From NCBI GenBank assembly GCA_963703955.1, contig CAVPGK010000012.1, positions 64,001-128,000 of the forward strand: a stretch of DNA of 64,000 bases. The letters are read 5' to 3'. The position numbers were made by a program, and so were the translations under genes. Numbering within the stretch: position 1 is the stretch's first letter; every line of letters starts with the position of its first letter. Of this stretch, positions 61,900 to 64,000 are shown piece after piece. The stretch is from Nitrospirota bacterium. GTDB lineage: Bacteria > Nitrospirota > Nitrospiria > Nitrospirales > Nitrospiraceae. The notes beneath the pieces are model-generated. The model saw nothing but the letters and a program-made list of their open reading frames with translations, was not told where the DNA came from and did no database searches.

Positions 61900-62580
61900 A
61901 TGGAAATGACTAGGGAGGCCCAGTTGGGAAAGCACGAAACATCGGTGAGCCAATATGAGAAAGCGAAGGCGTCCTTCGCCGTCGGAAAGATGGACAGCAT
62001 TGCATCGACCGCAGGCGAGAAGCTGGAAGCTGCGGCGAGCCAGCTCGAAGAACGGGTACAGGAGACCATGCGAGAAGTCAAAATGTCCGTCCTCGATATC
62101 GTGGACCATGTGAGAGATACGGCCGAAAGCTTTATCGACAGGACAGAGAAAGTGGTTGAACAAACAAAGCAGGGGCTTGATCCTCGATATCAAACGAACC
62201 GCCACCCTTGGCTGATGATGGGAGCCGCTGTTCTAGCCGGCTTCGTCATAGGCACGATCGAACAGCGGCGAACCTCCGGTCGGCCCGTGGGTTCTTCCCG
62301 CTACGCTTACCAAGGTCCACCTTATGGTCGAGGCTCCCGTCTCGTCCCACGAACGAATATTTGGGACGGCGTTGTTGGGAAGGTTCAAGAGGAAATCGAG
62401 TACGCCAAAAGAGCGTTGATTAAGGAGGGAAGAACCTTTATTCACGATTTCTTCCAGCAAGTCCTCCCCGCGTTGCTTACGCCCCTCCATCCGAGACGTC
62501 CGCAGGGATCGACGTCCTCGTCGAGGCTCTGTGACGAGGCTCAGGATGATGGATCACACTCTTCCCGCCTCAGAGGCTAA
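61900..62580 (+). CDS. Hypothetical protein, ElaB/YqjD/DUF3618-like
   Basis: GGAGG RBS; coiled-coil followed by HPWLMMGAAVLAGFVIG. Confidence 0.65.
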   Translation: MEMTREAQLGKHETSVSQYEKAKASFAVGKMDSIASTAGEKLEAAASQLEERVQETMREVKMSVLDIVDHVRDTAESFIDRTEKVVEQTKQGLDPRYQTNRHPWLMMGAAVLAGFVIGTIEQRRTSGRPVGSSRYAYQGPPYGRGSRLVPRTNIWDGVVGKVQEEIEYAKRALIKEGRTFIHDFFQQVLPALLTPLHPRRPQGSTSSSRLCDEAQDDGSHSSRLRG

Positions 62581-62662
62581 GCGGTCGTACAGGCGATGAA
62601 AGGTCGTGCGGGTCTTGCATAATCAGGTGTAACTTGCACAGCCTTTCCGTGGCACATCATCT

Positions 62663-63181
62663 ATGGATACCTTTCATGATCTGGCCCGACAGGTGACCGC
62701 CTTCGCACCACGTCTGGCCATCGGTGCATTCGTTTTTCTGATCTTCTGCCTGGCCAGTGTCGTCACACGTCGGCTTATTCTTCGTGTCAGTAAAACTGCG
62801 GACGTCAATACACGCTTCATCATCAGACTCGCAGGTCGAACAGCGGCCATCGCGCTACTGGCGTTTGGAACGGTCAGTGCGCTCGGTACGATGGGCATCA
62901 ATGTGTCGGCGCTCGTGGCTGGATTGGGGCTGACTGGTTTCGCGCTGGGATTTGCGCTCAAAGACGTGTTGTCGAATTTCTTGGCGGGAGTCTTGATCCT
63001 TCTCTACCGACCCTTCGAACTCAATGACTACATTGTCGTAGCGGGATCAGACGGGGTCGTCACCGAAATCGATCTGCGTTATACCACCCTGCAGAAGGAG
63101 GGACAGAGGTTTCTGATTCCCAATTCAGTACTCATCACCAACAGCATCAGCGTCCTCGAGAAGAATATGGGGGCAAAGTGA
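62663..63181 (+). CDS. Short MscS-family mechanosensitive channel protein
   Basis: LVAGLGLTGFALGFALKDVLSNFLAG, RPF, GVVTEIDLRYT, IPNS. Confidence 0.85.
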   Translation: MDTFHDLARQVTAFAPRLAIGAFVFLIFCLASVVTRRLILRVSKTADVNTRFIIRLAGRTAAIALLAFGTVSALGTMGINVSALVAGLGLTGFALGFALKDVLSNFLAGVLILLYRPFELNDYIVVAGSDGVVTEIDLRYTTLQKEGQRFLIPNSVLITNSISVLEKNMGAK

Positions 63182-63273
63182 TAAGGCAATGGCGGACAGA
63201 TGAAGAAACAAAGACGACCAGAACCGTTCAATCCTGCTCTACGCCATTATCTGCCTAGCTCTTTTGCCCTACC

Positions 63274-63783
63274 TCACAAAGTCTGCGTTTTCGAGTCAGC
63301 CGGCCGCTTGCCCGCCGACTCTAATAGGTCTCTCCCCACCAGAATCGGCGCCTTGAAGTGAACGGCCAGCGCAATCGAGTCGGAGGACCGGCTATCGAAG
63401 ACCTTGATCGTGTCTTTCATGGCAACCGTCAAGGCCCCGTAGAACACGCCGTCCTTTAACGAAATGACAGTCTGCGTGACCTTCCCACCGAACGAATCCA
63501 GAATCGTGCGCATGAGATCGTGCGACAGCGGTCGGCTCAGCTTCTGCCCGGTGAGTGCTGCCTGTATGGATCCGGCCACTGTCGCATCAACGAAAATTGG
63601 GATAATCCGATCCTCCGCTTTTAGGAGAACCACCGGGCCATGGTCCGAAAGACGGACCTCCACATCCCTAATCTGTACCTGGCCGTCTTGAGGATCACCC
63701 TCAGCGCCGGAAAACGACCCGGGCAACACGAGAAAGAGACAGACACCAAAGAGCGCCGGTATTGTGTGCAGGTACTTCATCAT
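63274..63783 (-). CDS. Bifunctional nuclease family (DUF151) protein
   Basis: PVVLLK, IPIFV, RPLSHDL, FYGAL, DSRSSDSIALA. Confidence 0.85.
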   Translation of the reverse strand: MMKYLHTIPALFGVCLFLVLPGSFSGAEGDPQDGQVQIRDVEVRLSDHGPVVLLKAEDRIIPIFVDATVAGSIQAALTGQKLSRPLSHDLMRTILDSFGGKVTQTVISLKDGVFYGALTVAMKDTIKVFDSRSSDSIALAVHFKAPILVGRDLLESAGKRPADSKTQTL

Positions 63784-63826
63784 TTCCTCCTTCGGCGTCG
63801 AGATCCGGCAAAGTTTCGGTCTCATC

Positions 63827-64000
63827 TCACTCGCATCTGATGAAGGGATTATATTCCCTTTCGAACCCGATCTCCGTCTCCGGCCCGTGACCGGTAATGA
63901 CCTGGGTGTCCTCGGGCAAGGAATACAGCCGTTCGCGAATCGAGCGCTCGATCGAGTCAAAATTCCCGCCCCAGAGGTCCGTTCTGCCGATCCCGCTTCG
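63827..64000 (-). CDS. MBL-fold metallo-hydrolase, C-terminal part (cut by the window edge; not in the ORF track)
   Basis: Hand translation GIGRTDLWGGNFDSIERSIRERLYSLPEDTQVITGHGPETEIGFEREYNPFIRCE-stop. Confidence 0.85.
   Translation of the reverse strand, partial: RSGIGRTDLWGGNFDSIERSIRERLYSLPEDTQVITGHGPETEIGFEREYNPFIRCE

Overview
Fragment of a Nitrospira-like (Nitrospirota) chromosome, inferred from gene content. Most of the window (about 4.5-57 kb) is a mainly minus-strand respiratory and maturation cluster. It holds two pentaheme cytochromes c, three DMSO-reductase type II gamma-subunit-like (NxrC-candidate) heme proteins, a TorD/DmsD chaperone, tatA, mobA, a NapF-like ferredoxin, a B12-binding radical SAM enzyme, a Cache/PAS kinase with a sigma54 regulator, two CydA-like oxidase subunits with no cydB, membrane cytochromes c, two FGE-fold proteins, DUF420, three proteins with amicyanin-type copper loops, and a roughly 1620-aa MnxG-like multicopper oxidase. 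An argS-tgt-yajC-secD-secF block sits inside the cluster. No nxrAB, rRNA, tRNA, CRISPR array or transposase was seen. Reading by hand revealed two unannotated membrane microproteins (39 and 40 aa) between a perfect sigma70 promoter and the first CydA-like gene, plus a repeated hairpin with a compensatory base change. Several genes, including housekeeping ones, carry single-base frameshifts that are most likely sequencing or assembly errors. All product calls come from motif recognition, without database searches.
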